Below are positions 1 through 13,050 of a stretch of 64,000 nucleotides of DNA, one piece after another. The DNA lies in contig OZ024753.1 in NCBI GenBank assembly GCA_964016885.1, positions 18,290,001-18,354,000 on the forward strand. Reading direction: 5' to 3'. Both the position numbers and the translations under genes were made by a program. Under the pieces are notes generated by a model, which saw only the letters and a program-made list of their open reading frames with translations, did not search any database and had not been told where the DNA came from. The stretch is from Eledone cirrhosa (taxonomy: Eukaryota). How positions within the stretch are numbered: the first letter of the stretch is position 1; each line of letters opens with the position of its first letter.

Positions 1-112
1 TTAGACGCTTGAAATGTTTTTTTTAAAATAGCGTAGTTAGATTGGTCAGAGAAAAAAACCGTTAGATCGTTATATGTTATTACTAAGGGTATATATATAT
101 ATATTTATATAA

Positions 113-143
<31 letters not shown>

Positions 144-356
144 AGATCAAAAGATGGTTAAAAGAGTTCCAAGTATTTTATTATGCGCATTTCAAAAACA
201 AATATCATCATGGGATGATATCTGCGTTCTTTTCATATATATAAGTGACTATAATATATGTATATGTGTGTGTATATATATATATGTGTGTGTATATATA
301 TATATATATGTATATATATATGTGTATATATATATATGTGTATATATATATATATA

Positions 357-398
<42 letters not shown>

Positions 399-441
399 TA
401 TATGTATATATATATGTGTGTATATATATATATATATATGC

Positions 442-523
<82 letters not shown>

Positions 524-585
524 GTGTGTGTATATATATGTATATATATATGTATATATATATGTATATGTATATATATATGTAT

Positions 586-619
<34 letters not shown>

Positions 620-621
620 AT

Positions 622-2241
622 ATGAAGACGGGTAAGGCGGCTGGTCCTTCGGAAATAGTTGCTGAGATGCTGAAGGCATCTGGTTCGGTGGGACACACCA
701 TGGTCACCCGGATAGTTAACCAAGTCGTACAGAATGGGGTTGTTCCGAAGGACTGGCGTAGCAGCATCATCGTTAACTGCTATAAGGGAAAAGGAGATGC
801 CCTAGATAGGAGTAACTATAGAGGCATTAAATTAATCGACCAGATCATGAAGGTCACGGAAAAAGTAATAGCGCAACTAATCAGAGAGAGAATTGATCTA
901 GATGAAATGCAGTTCGGGTTTGTGTCAGGCAAAAGTACCACAGACGCTCTTTTCATTGTACGACAACTACAAGAGAAGTACCTAGCTAAAAGTAAACCCC
1001 TATACTTAGCTTTCGTCGACTTGGAGAAAGCCTTCGACAGAGTCCCCCGTTCCATTATCTGGTGGTCTCTTAGAAAACTAGGTGTTGAGGAATGGCTTGT
1101 GAGAGCTATACAAGCCATGTATAAAGAAACAGTCAGTAAGGTTAGAATTAACAACGAATATAGTGAAGAGTTTAGCGTAAAAGTTGGTGTCCATCAGGGC
1201 TCTGTTCTTAGCCCCCTACTATTTATTATTGCCCTTCAGGCTATAACAGAGGAGTTCAAGACCGGCTGCCCATGGGAACTCCTATACGCAGATGATCTAA
1301 CGCTCATAGCTGAATCAATGACCGAACTAGAGAAGAAATTCCAAACATGGAAGCACGGCCTAGAATCAAAAGGCCTTAAAATTAACCTGGCTAAGACAAA
1401 AGTTCTAGTTTGTAGGAAAGAAAATATGGCGGCAGTCCCATCTGGGAAATGGCCATGCTCAGTGTGTATGAAAGGCGTAGGTAGAAACTCCATTTTATGT
1501 CCCAAATGCAAAGTATGGGTGCATAAAAGATGTAGTGGGATCACAGGTAAGCTAACTAAGAACATAGATTTTACATGTGGCCGGTGCTCTGGTGCAATAA
1601 GTAGCAGCAAGTGCCCACAAAATACTAGCTCCTTCAACTGCGCAGAGGGTTCTATAGAAATAGTGGACAGCTTCCGTTACCTGGGTGACAAAATCAGCAG
1701 TGGGGGAGGGTGCTCTGAAAGTACAGTAGCTAGAGTCAGAACTGGATGGAAAAAGTTCAGAGAGCTTATACCACTATTAGCCGCTAGAGGGTTCTCCCTA
1801 AAAATGAAAGGCAGGTTATACGATGCCTGCATACGAACAGCAATGCTGCATGGCAGTGAGACCTGGGCATTGTGTGCAGAGGATATACGCAGACTAGAGA
1901 GGAACGAAGCTTGCATGCTCCGCTGGATGTGCAATAGTAATATACGTGAACGGCAAAGCATAAACGAACTAAGGAAAAAATTAGAAATAAGAGGGATCAG
2001 ATGTTGTTTACTCGAGAGAAGGCTACGTTGGTACGGTCACGTGATGCGCATGAAAGACGACAGCTGTATAACAAAGTGCAGGGCAATAAAGATAGACGGT
2101 AGCCACGGAGTAGGCAGACCCAGAAAAACATGGGACGAGCTGATAAATTCCGACCTCACACGCTTACACCTCTCCAAGACAATGTCACTGGACCGAGACC
2201 TTTGGCGGTACTCAGTAATAGAGAAGACCCGCCTTACCTAA
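622..2241 (+). CDS. RTE-type reverse transcriptase, C-terminal part of ORF2, with embedded C4HC3 PHD-like finger
   Basis: Motifs [78 protein letters not shown]. Frame uninterrupted. The listed ORF's first 156 aa (154-621) are a short repeat fragment plus microsatellite read-through. Confidence 0.9.
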   Translation: MKTGKAAGPSEIVAEMLKASGSVGHTMVTRIVNQVVQNGVVPKDWRSSIIVNCYKGKGDALDRSNYRGIKLIDQIMKVTEKVIAQLIRERIDLDEMQFGFVSGKSTTDALFIVRQLQEKYLAKSKPLYLAFVDLEKAFDRVPRSIIWWSLRKLGVEEWLVRAIQAMYKETVSKVRINNEYSEEFSVKVGVHQGSVLSPLLFIIALQAITEEFKTGCPWELLYADDLTLIAESMTELEKKFQTWKHGLESKGLKINLAKTKVLVCRKENMAAVPSGKWPCSVCMKGVGRNSILCPKCKVWVHKRCSGITGKLTKNIDFTCGRCSGAISSSKCPQNTSSFNCAEGSIEIVDSFRYLGDKISSGGGCSESTVARVRTGWKKFRELIPLLAARGFSLKMKGRLYDACIRTAMLHGSETWALCAEDIRRLERNEACMLRWMCNSNIRERQSINELRKKLEIRGIRCCLLERRLRWYGHVMRMKDDSCITKCRAIKIDGSHGVGRPRKTWDELINSDLTRLHLSKTMSLDRDLWRYSVIEKTRLT

Positions 2242-2757
2242 ATACAAAGTAAAAACCTACTACAGTCAGTAGGCATCTGTATCAAAACACCCCCCCCCCG
2301 TCCCACCACCTCCACCCCATCCACACCGCCCCTTTCAATGTACAGTTATGTTGGTCCCACAACATCCAGGCCGAAACAAATGAGATCGTGTAGGTGTCAC
2401 GACAAAAAACACACAGTCCACGCTGTAAATGTGGCCGTGTAGGCAACACAGTAAAAACCTCCCAGCCCCACACTGTAAATGTGGTTGGTGTTAGGAAGGG
2501 CATCCAGCTGTAGAAAACCCGCCAGACAGTCCACGCTGTAATGTGGCCGTGTAGGCAACACGGTAAAAACCTCCCAGCCCCACACTGTAAATGTGGTTGG
2601 TGTTAGGAAGGGCATCCAACTGTAGAAAACCCGCCAGACAGTCCTATGCGAGCAAGACAACCACTCTTGCCTCAAGTGGGAAAACCCCCGTCCAAACCCA
2701 TGCAAGCGTGGAACACGGACGCTAAACCTGATGATGATGATGATGATGATGATGATA
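622..2757 (+). mobile_element. 5'-truncated RTE-clade LINE (RT, 3' UTR, (GAT)n tail) inserted in (TA)n
   Basis: RT-coding frame starts right after the (TA)n tract. 3' UTR has GGAAGGGCATCCAGCTGTAGAAAAC and a ~116-bp tandem duplication (2412-2643). Ends in (TGA)n at ~2729-2757. Confidence 0.9.
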
Positions 2758-2784
2758 TATTATATATATATGTATATATATATA

Positions 2785-2839
<55 letters not shown>

Positions 2840-3046
2840 CATACGCTGATATAAATATACATACGCTTATATATATGTATATAGATCGATATATATATCT
2901 TACATTCTAATGTTACTAAAAAATAAAGGTATATGTTATATATAATTAGGGTTGCATTTACATAGGTAAATAAATAATTTGATATATTTATTATTGGGGC
3001 CTATAATGTGAGCATAATATATACAACATATTATGTCAAGGAATAT

Positions 3047-3552
3047 AAATAATTGTTTCTACTTTTTGGCACAAGGCCAGCAATAACCCAGTACATTACT
3101 GGTAATTTATTTTATCGACCCCGTAAGGATGAAAGGCAAAGTTAACGTCGGCGAGATTTGAACTCAGAATGGCAAGGGCCGTAATTCTATGCGTCAAAGC
3201 ATGGCGTCTAACTCTCTACCGATACTGCCAATCCACCGATGGAATATAAAGGAATATAAATAATTGTTTCTATTTTAGGCACAAGGCCAGTACATTACTG
3301 GTACTTTATTTTATCGACCCCGTAAGGATGAAAGGCAAAGTTAACCTCGGCGGGATTATAAATAATTGTTTCTACTTTAGGCACAAGGCCAGCAATTACC
3401 CAGTGCATTACTGGTACTTTATTTTATCGACCCCGTAAGGATGAAAGGCAAAGTCAACCTCGGCGGGATTTGAACTCAGATCGTAAAGGGACGTAACTAT
3501 GCTGGAAAGCATGGCGTCCGACCCTCTACTGATACTGCCAATCCACCGGCGG
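3047..3552 (-). mobile_element. Cluster of three tRNA-derived SINE copies (octopus-type), one partial
   Basis: Three repeats of ggcacaaggccag...ttttatcgaccccgtaaggatgaaaggcaaagt. Minus-strand B box GAGTTCAAATC and A-box-like TGGCAGTATC. Confidence 0.85.
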
Positions 3553-4650
3553 GATTATAAATAATGCCACTTACTATGTTGCTACGATATATATATATAT
3601 ATATATATATGCATAAATCTAAGAGAACCCATAATTATACCCATATATCTATATGTAGATGCCAATTATATAAATCATATACATGATACAAATGTATAAA
3701 TATAGCTATATTTTCTGTGAAATGATATGGAAATCCTGTGTAAACAGCCACTAAATATTTCATTTCTTTTATTGATAATAGATTTTGTATTACTAATATT
3801 AAGAAGAATTTCTGTATTACCAAGATTACAATATTTAGAGATAGAAGAATTTTCTTATTGACAGGCTTATCTAACTTCTGCGAAGAAGTGAGTTATTTAT
3901 GTTTTTCTTTTTAGGGACCATATTAATCGAGATAGGGAAGTTGAGAATTACTTATCCATTCGTTTGAAAGTATGCGCATGGTTATACCATCCTTCCTTAA
4001 ATTTCGATGAAGTGGCACCTATATAGTTATACGAATTATCATTACTTTTAACACACACACGCCCTCCCCCCATCTCGAAATATCTGCCGGCGAAACAATA
4101 GTAACACACAATAAACTGAGTCCAGATGCATCACTGATTTTTCGTTTTATATTATATATATATATGTTATTTATTTAAGTTTATCTCGTTTTATATATAT
4201 ATATATATATATAAACGAGATAAACTTAAATAAATAACATTTGTTACATAAATATAAGTACGATGTATATATAGATATAATGTTTTGATTAATGTACATA
4301 TTAAACATAATGTATTACGGTTTATAGGAAAGAAAAACATGTACAGATGCTCATGTAATAATTCATATTTCAATATTAACAAATCAATTGAATAAATGAA
4401 TTAAAATATACATCATAAATGTCAATGATTAAATTTATTGAACTGTTAATTATATATTGGGTATTAAATTATTTAAGCGTTTAAATTGATATTGTCAATT
4501 GTTACATTTATTTGAATCTTTATTTCTATAGGTTTTATGTTTGAGTAAACATCGTAAAGAAGACAGCAAATATTTAATATATATCTAATATAGAGCGCTC
4601 AGTTCATCAGGGATGTCCTGTGTCCATTCTCCTCTATGAGCTAGCTCGAG

Positions 4651-4684
<34 letters not shown>

Positions 4685-4688
<4 letters not shown>

Positions 4689-4801
4689 ATGTTTCTTTCC
4701 GACGGCAGAGTTCAAGACGTTTCGACGGCTATTTCTGGACTAGTAGTCCAGAAATAGCCGTCGAAACGGCTTGGGCTCTGCCGTCGGGGTCAAACATTTT
4801 C
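4685..4801. repeat. Near-perfect inverted repeat centred at 4743
   Basis: cgtttcgacggctatttctggact-agt-agtccagaaatagccgtcgaaacg, with outer arms ccgacggcagag/ctctgccgtcgg and aaaatgttt/aaacatttt. Confidence 0.9.
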
Positions 4802-4884
4802 CTATTACCCACTCTACTACCCTAAGTATTAAGTACGCTAGTGCGTTATGGTCTATCTTTTTCCATACCACACTTCCTTCGTTT

Positions 4885-4990
<106 letters not shown>

Positions 4991-5099
4991 TATATGCGCG
5001 CGTATGCGTAGGTTTGTCTCTGTGTGTTGTGTGTATATATACGTATGTGTTTATGTACACAAAGAAAATGAGGGGAGCGTTGAGAGACACGTAGAAATA

Positions 5100-5141
<42 letters not shown>

Positions 5142-5164
5142 CAAAGATGGATATATAGATAGAT

Positions 5165-5467
5165 TATTTTCTTTTTATTTGCCACCAGGGCTTCAAAAAG
5201 TGGGACAAGTACAATGGGGGGAGTTTACATAACAAGGCGTCCTCAATAAGGAGGAGGCAATAACAAAATATAAAAATAAAATAAAATATAACAAGATAAA
5301 ATTTATAACAAAATCCTCAATAGAGAGGAGGCGCCTTGGGGGTCGCACACACCCCCGAAAAAAAAGTGTGCAACCCTTCTCCTCAGGAGCACAGAGAGAG
5401 GGTGCACCCTTGGTCTTTCATCTTCCTCACCTATAGTCTGATGTAGAGTGAAGGCCCATTCACAGGT
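5165..5467 (-). mobile_element. 3'-end fragment of the Tx1-like LINE
   Basis: Homologous to 5590-5945 (ttttatttgccac.agggc.tcaaaagtgggacaagtacaatggg...gaaggcccattcac). Bounded by TAGA repeats. Confidence 0.85.
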
Positions 5468-5485
5468 AGATAGATAGATATAGAT

Positions 5486-5558
<73 letters not shown>

Positions 5559-5962
5559 GGGTAAGTAGATATATATATAGATAGATAGATATGTTTCTTT
5601 TATTTGCCACAAGGGCATCAAAAGTGGGACAAGTACAATGGGGGGAGTTTACAAAACAAGGCGTCCTCAATAGGGAGGAGGCAATAACAATATATAAAAA
5701 TAAAATAAAATATAACAAAAAATAGAATTATAACAAAATCCTCAATAGAGGATTTTGTTATAAAATATAACAAAAAATAAAATTTATAACAAAATCCTCA
5801 ATAGAGAGGAGGCACCTTAGGGGTCGCACACACCCCCGAAAAAAGTGTGCAACCCTTTTCCTCAGGAGCACAGAGAGGGGGTGCTCCCACGTTCCTTCCT
5901 CTTTTCCACCTACAGGCTCATGTAAAGAGAAGGCCCATTCACACGGGCCATTCTCGCCACTT

Positions 5963-8900
5963 TCACCCACCTTTCATAAAAACGACTGGGGTGCAGCACC
6001 TCTCTCTCCATCCTGATCCTTCTTCCGAAATGATATCGGAGAAACGGACCAGTTGTTGGCCAGAGAGAAAGGTGCCTGACCTCAGTCCTTTCAGACGCGT
6101 CCACCATACAACCTCTTTCGCCATGGCTATTACGCACAGAAACACCGCCTCTGCTTCATCTTTGAAGGGGGGAGGCGGCTTGATCATTACAATAGACTCG
6201 GTGGTCAACCGGATCGGTCCCACCCTTGACAGCAGTTGTTCGACATAGCCCCACAGAACGGCTACGCCCGAGCAGTGTACCAATGCGTGCGCAACGGTTT
6301 CCTCGTCGCACACGCATCTGGGACAGATCTTTTTGGCGGGGTCCCTACCAGGGCGCCCGTGTCTGTAGAGCCTTTCTCGAACGGGTAAAGCTCCTCGGTA
6401 GCACTGCCAGGCCAGGGACTTCTGGAAGTTGTCCATAGGTCCCGGGCCGAATGTCCTACCGAACAGGTTGGCCAGTTCGTCCTCCTCCATGTCTAGGGCT
6501 TCTCCGAGGGCGTCGTCGCACCTGCTGCGTACCAGCCCTCTATAGAATGTTGCGGTGGAGTCTCCACTGATAACCGGATCCGCCTGCCAGAGGGCGGTGA
6601 GCGCCTGGGCACACTCAGTGTGCCAGGCGCCCAGTTTTCTCGGTCTTTGCTTGACCCAGGATTGCAGCTCGGTGAGTGAGACGAGTCTGGGAAAGGTTCG
6701 TCTCACAAACGAGGCCCACACCGGTTGTCCGGTGAGGAATACGTAGAGGTGCCGTAGCCTTAATGCGTGTTTACGCATCATTAGCTACGGTATCCCCAGC
6801 CCTCCTTTCGAAGGGTGTTGACAGCAGATGGATCTCCTCACCATAGGAGCCCGCCTCTTCCAAAGGAATTGGAAGAGCGCGCGCTCCATCTTGGTGAGGG
6901 TTTCCCTTGGGCAGGGCACTACGGTCAGGTGGTAGTAGATGACGGACGCTATGTAGGTGTTCGCCACCTCCGCCCGACCTTTCAGGGATAGTTTGCAACT
7001 GGCCCACTTCTGGGTCAGTGCAAACACCCTGTTCGTAACCTCCGCCCAGTTTTTCTCCACCTGGAGGTCCGGTCCGAACCAGACCCCGAGAAACTTCACC
7101 GGGCCCTCCGTCCAGCGTCCGACGACGCCATCGGAGGGCATCGGTCTGCCCCTCCACATGCCGAGTTGCAAACCGATCGACTTGTCCCGGTTCAGCTTAG
7201 CCCCTGTGAACTTTTCGTACTCCTCCAGTAAGGTGCCGACCGCCTCGATTTCGGAGGCCGTCGACACCATTACTGTCACGTCATCGGCGTAGGCCGACAC
7301 CGCTTTCCGCAATCCCGGTTCCAAAGGGATGCCCTGAAACAACTCCAACTTCCGCAGTAGTGGCTCGAGAGTCAACACATACAGAAGGGAGGAGAGAGGG
7401 CACCCTTGTCGGATGGACCGCGCGATTTTGAACGGCTCCGAGAGGTAGCCGTTCACCTTGACCCTAGAGCAGATGCGGCTGCTGTGCACAGCAGTGATCC
7501 AGCCCCTGAAAACGGGTCCGAAGCCTGCCGCCGCTAGCACCGCATCCAGGTAACCATGGTCGACCCTATCGAATGCCTTAGATTGATCCAAGTTGATCAG
7601 GGCCCCACCAAAGCCGGGTTCGTTCCCAACCCTCTCTATGATGTATCGCATGAGGTGGAGGTTATCATGGATGGACCTGGACGGGATAGCACATGTCTGC
7701 GCCTCTCCCACCAGGTTGCCCACGACAAGCGCCAACCTCTTTGCTAGCACCTTGGCCAAAATCTGTAACTCTGTATTTAGCAGAGTTATGGGCCTGAAAT
7801 TATTTATATCGTCCCCCTTGTTCTCGTCCTTCCTCACTAGCGTGACTACGCCCTTGGTCACAGCACAGGGAATTCTCCCGTTCTGTTTCCAGTTGCAGTA
7901 GACCGCCTCGAGGAGATCGGGGAACAAGTCCGGCATAGCTAGATATAGTTCGTATGGAAGACCATCGAGACCCGAGGATTTGCGTTTGCCACATTGGCTC
8001 AGCACGTCCTCTATCTCCACGGCTGAAATCGGCTCCTCGCAGGACTTCGTCTCCCTATCCGAGAGACGCGGCAGGCCATCGAGGTATGGACCGAAGTCCA
8101 CGTCCCCAACCGGTCCCCCGCCCTTCCGAACAATCCGGCAAAGTGCTTTTGAAAAGCCTCGCACATCTGCTTAGGTTCAAGGATCACCCGTCCATCCTGA
8201 TCTCGCAAAAACCGGATAGTGGATCTGCTCCCTCTTTTGGCTTCTGTCACGCGGGCCCAGCTAACAGCTTTGGACCCCTCGTTTCCCAGAGCACGTATTT
8301 TGCTTCGGACGATGCAGCCTTTGTGTTTCGCGTCGAAGAACTGGCCCAGGGCCGTTCTCGACGCTAACACTCTGGCCACGTCGCCGCTTCTAATTGCCTC
8401 TTCTACACTATCTACCAACTCCCTTTCCTTCCTATTTCTATTGGAGGCTAACTCCTTACAAAATTCTATAGAGACTACTCTAATCTCTCTTTTGAGAGAT
8501 CCCCACCACTTGCTGTTGACGATGGCGCCCGTCAACCGCTCCTTAACTAAAGTGCTAATCCGGTCTCTGTAAGCCTTACTTGCCGGTAAAGACAAGTTGA
8601 GCTTCCAGTAACCGGGTCCCTGTCTATGAGTTCTGTCAAGGTTGATCATGCAGGTCACTAACTTGTGATCTGAATAGCCAACCATGCGCATTTTTGGACA
8701 ACTTAAAAAGTCCTTATCCTTAATTCTAACTAAGAACCTATCTAGGTACGACCTAGATGATCCGCTACGATTTGCCCAAGTCCAGGTTGGCGCAGTCGGA
8801 AAATCTAGTCGATATCTATCGGCCAGGTCAAATCGACCGATTAACCCTTTGAAGCTATTACACCCCTCTCTATCGGGACAGGCCCCTACGTAGTCCCAGC

Positions 8901-9344
8901 ATGCATCTAGGATACCATTCCAGTCCCCCACTAATAGCAAGGAGCGGGACGTCCCTAGAAAAGTCTCCAGACGATGGAAGAAGTCCGGCCGCATTGACCC
9001 GAAAGGGCCGTAGGCGGCTACCAACCTAAACGCTCCGCCTTTACCACTGCCAAGGTCCAGAACCACTAGTCGACCCTCCGGGTCCAAATGTACCATCTGT
9101 GTTGCGAGACCCAGATGTTTTTGCAGCAGAACGACAAGTCCACCCCACCACCGGGCTGACAGAGAAATGCATGCATTTTAAAGTCATCAAAGGTGGGGGC
9201 CAGCTGTCGCACGTTGCTGATCCGGGCCTCGCAAATAACCATCATATCTATACGTTGTGACCTGAGGTCATTTAGAAGCATTGCTTGCTTCCAAGTTGAG
9301 CCCAGGCCACGCGCATTTAAACAGCCTACTGTTAGCATAGCCAT
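5963..9344 (-). pseudogene. Tx1-like ORF2 (APE endonuclease + RT + zinc finger), broken near 9090, 8165 and 6783
   Basis: VGCLNARGL, VGDWNG, SYLDRFL, YSDHKLV, GPGYWKLN (APE). SSGLDGLPYE, NFRPITLLN, LDQSKAFDRVDH, RQGCPLS, AYADDV (RT). CPRC..ETVAHALVHC. Confidence 0.9.
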
Positions 9345-9368
9345 GTTGGTGGTGAAGAGAAAAGGCAC

Positions 9369-10740
9369 TTACCTCTCTGCGTCCCGGGTATCGGGCTGCA
9401 CAATTTCCATTAGGGTGGGGGATGGGTTGTTGGGTGGGGTGGTGGTTTGTGGAAGTGTGGGGGCATCAGTGTGTTGTGTGGTTGGGGAGCTTGGAGTTGT
9501 GTGGGTGTTTGGGGAGGGGGTGGGAATTTTTTTTAGGAGGGCGCGGTTAATGGGCCCGACGCAGGGGGGACCCACGTCCTCTTTAAAATTGTTTTTTAAA
9601 GTTTTATAGGTGTCCTGTGGGGCCTTAATCATTTTGAGGTGGGGGAAATCCCCTGCCTGGGTGAAGTTAGGCCCTTGTGTTTTTATTAGATTGTTGTTGT
9701 ACACAATGTTTAACAGTTTTTTGTTTCTTGTGTTTATGTATGTGTATGCATGTTTTTGTTTTTGTGTGGTGTTTTTTTGTTTGCTGTTGTTGTGAGCTCT
9801 TTTGTGTTGGTGTCAGTGTTATGTTTTGGGGAGGGGTTGTTTTCATTTGTGTGTCTGAGGTGTGTTTTCTTTTTTTTCTTTTGATTGTGTGGAAGTGCTC
9901 CTCCTCGTCTGACGACGAACTAGGGTCATCTTCCGCGTTGGAGGGGAGGGGTATATTTTCGGGTTGTGTTTGCGGTGCGGGTGTTTTGGAAATTGTTTTT
10001 GTTTTTTGAGTGGAGGGGATGGGTTGGACATTGTTTTGTTTTGGTTTAGGTTGTGGTGGTTGTTTTTGTAGAGGTAGTTGTGGTGAATGTGTTGGTTGTG
10101 CAGTTGTTGGTGGTGTAGGCAGGATTGGGGCTTTCTTATTAAGTTGGGGACAGACAGCCCTCAGGTGACCTCTGGTTCCGCAGAGGTAACACGAGGGCCG
10201 TCTACCCTCAACGGTAATGTCGATGAAGGTTAGATCATCCAGTATGACGTGTTCAGGGATCTGGGCGATCCTTTCGGGCCTCATTTAAACTACAAGTTCG
10301 AGGCTCGTTCCACTGAACGCGTCACCCGATGCCTTTCCCATGGACACCAGCATGTCATCCTCCAGGTCCAGGAAACCCGTCAAAACCCACCATATGTCCA
10401 TAATCGGCAGGATGGTGTGGATTTTTATTTTTTGTGTTCTTCTACCCATGTACGTAGGGTAGAAGGTGTATGCGGTGGATGTGATTGGTTTGATGGACAG
10501 TTTCACTGCTGTGTCCCTGTCCTTCATGAGAATGGATAGACTCCCGTAGAGTCTATCCTTCTGAATGAAGGTGATGTCCTTCATGACGTCTTTTAAAACC
10601 AGCTCTATCTCACTCTGTGATGGTTGAGCTGGTTTTTTACTTTTATTTGAGATTGTCCTAAACATGACCGTGTTTAGGAGTCTCTGGCTTTTTAGTTCCG
10701 GGGGGGAATGGATTGTGAATGAACCATTTCCCCCGTACAC
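9369..10740 (-). pseudogene. Tx1-like ORF1 (gag-like, CX2CX4HX4C knuckle, Pro/Thr-rich tail)
   Basis: CYLCGTRGHLRAVC. In-frame TAA at 10285-10287 and a frame change near 9700. Ends ~25 nt before the ORF2 ATG (9344). Confidence 0.8.
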
Positions 10741-10744
10741 TATA

Positions 10745-10843
<99 letters not shown>

Positions 10844-10850
10844 GATAGAT

Positions 10851-11133
10851 TTCTTTATTAGCCACAAGGGCGCAACAAGAAAGGGGACAATACAAAGACA
10901 TGCCGGGGATTTTACATACAGTCGCGTAAAAAATATAAAAACAAACAATTTCAACAATCGAAATCCCCAATAGGGGGGAGGCGCCACAAATGGGTTGTTT
11001 AATACCCCGTCGATAGAACAACCCTCAACTCAAGGAGCGTGTTGTGCAAGTGCTCCTTTCTTCCTTTTGCTCTCTTCCTCAACCTACAGGCTTATAAACA
11101 GAGAAGGCCCAATCACTCGGGCCATTTTCAAAT
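10851..11133 (-). mobile_element. 3'-end fragment of a related Tx1-like subfamily
   Basis: Diverged match to the 5590-5960 3' UTR (ttctttattagccacaagggc; caacctacaggctt; gagaaggccc..tcac.cgggccatt). TAGA tracts on both sides. Confidence 0.75.
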
Positions 11134-11230
11134 AGATAGATAGATAGATAGATAGATAGGTAGGTAGGTAGGTAGGTAGGTAGGTAGGTAGGTAGGTAGG
11201 TAGGTAGGTAGGTATGTAGGTACGTAGGTA
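11134..11230. repeat. (TAGA)n-(TAGG)n compound microsatellite
   Basis: Direct reading. Confidence 0.95.
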
Positions 11231-12748
11231 ATTAGGTAAGAAGATAGATGGATAGTGGAAAATGTTTAGAAATATATGATCTTAATTTAGAAACAGATCT
11301 AACGAAAGAACTTCGATCTGAAATGTCTTGTTTGCACTTGAATGACGGAAATTGTGATCAGTGTGAATTATTAAAGGAAATTGCGAACATTACAGAAACA
11401 ATGGCTCTTCCATTTATTTAATTTATTATTAGTTATTTAGTAGACCAATTATACTAAGAAACATTATTTTATTCCTCAAATGTTTTTTATAAAGAAAATT
11501 ATTTTATTCATATGACTTGTTAAGTTGTATTGGTGCGTTCCATTTGGAAATAGGGACGGAAAGGTATTTCATTCCCTATCATACATTAACTAGTGTATGA
11601 TGTTACTAGGTGCAAATTTGGAGTAAATTATTTCTTATTCTCCACGAAGGCATTTCATTTGAAGTATTCCTCTGTTTGCAAAATCATGACAAGCATGTTA
11701 ATAATTCATATATGTTTATTTCTACTGTGGTTCTGAGGCTAAGAAAAATAAATTATTGACATTGACAAGCTCCAGTGAAAGAGAGTCATTATGTATTGTA
11801 GGAAACGTTAGTAAAAACCGTGTTTATGGGCCCTAAAACATAGGATAATATTAACTGACATATCACTGTTAACTGACATATCACGTATCAAAGAAATATT
11901 TCCCCAGATAGCTTTTTGATAATAAACAATTTAATATGGCATCTGTCTGTTCAGTAGAATGTTAACGGATTCACGATTGAAACCGTGGATATTTACATGA
12001 ACAGTGGGATATTAAGTAACTATAAACGTATGGTGAACAATTACGAAGGTCTGAATTAATGTGGTATATAGTTAACCTAGCGGGAAAGTTAACACATTTC
12101 GAAACGAGAATACGTGATGCAAATTTACATGATATTGCCTGGGATGCTGTTTAATACTTTTCTTTTATAGGACAAAGTCATATATGCTGCAATTATATTT
12201 GGGAATATAGGTGAACGTTGCATATGATTCACATCACTAATTCCCCAGTAAAACCGTCATACTCTAAACGAATATAGTCAAAACACTGACATAAAGTCTC
12301 GGTCTAAGCAGCCTTAAAAACACAATAGAATTAGCCGCTCTAAATAACTCCAGCCGTGTATAATTCGATAGAAGTTATATAACATGCTGTGTTGTCTTCA
12401 ACGTTACGTGCATTCGTAATTTATAGAAAGATATACACTATTAATTGTATTTGTTCTTGATATACTACATAAAGAGTGCTTTAATGTCTGAGTGGATTAG
12501 TAAGTACTTCTCAACTAAATTGTATTAATTTATTTACTGTTTACTACTTTTCACATTTTAAGAACTGTTAATTCTTAGAACAACGACTGTGTCCATGTTT
12601 CCATATATACATCACTCACTTCCGTTTGCAACTGTCTACAATTAACATTACAAATACATTATATCTTAATGAACTAAATGTTAGATACATTACGCCACAA
12701 TATTGTGGTAGACAAGGATTAATTTACAATATTTTATAACTTTGCCTA

Positions 12749-13050
12749 TTAATCCGCATGGTCAGCAAATGGGATCCCCCGTTCTGGCCTCCCCATAGCC
12801 CCGGCGGAGAGGATCGGGAAGGCGTTTCCCCGGAGAATGGTAAGGGAGATGTGTTGGAAGAGCCATTCCAACTCGCGAGGCTTACACCTGCGGCTGGCCA
12901 GCTCAGCGCCTATGGTGGTGAATAGGAAGGTAGCCCTAGGGCCAAGGACACCAGAAGTCTCCACTGCCAAGGGCACGACCGCGAACCTGTCGGAGAGCAA
13001 CCGGTAGTTGGAGAGTTTGGCCTCCTCAGCCCAACGGGCAGTCGTTCAAT
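12749..13050 (-). mobile_element. 3' fragment of a CRE-clade non-LTR retrotransposon (restriction-like endonuclease C-terminus)
   Basis: FAVVPLAVETSGVLGPRA...EWLFQHISLTILRGNA matches the CRE RLE signature F.P.A.ET.G..G...QR.S.A..RGNA. GC-rich island in AT-rich DNA. Confidence 0.75.

Larger units (their letters stand above)
5590..10740 (-). mobile_element. Near full-length Tx1/L1-group LINE with ORF1 and ORF2 (mutated), flanked by (TAGA)n
   Basis: ORF1 has a CCHC knuckle. ORF2 has APE endonuclease, RT and a C-terminal zinc finger. 3' end is AATAAAAGAAAC followed by (ATCT)n on the minus strand. Confidence 0.9.

Noticed and set aside
154-621. N-terminal extension of the 695-aa ORF, and all I/Y-rich ORFs in the window
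   Set aside because: Translations of (TA)n/(CA)n tracts, which lack stop codons.
2728-2757. CTGATGA as a hammerhead core
   Set aside because: Part of the RTE (GAT)n tail; no stem II or GAAA.
4520-4615. Minus-strand CTGATGA...GAAA hammerhead candidate
   Set aside because: No convincing stem I or stem II pairing by eye.
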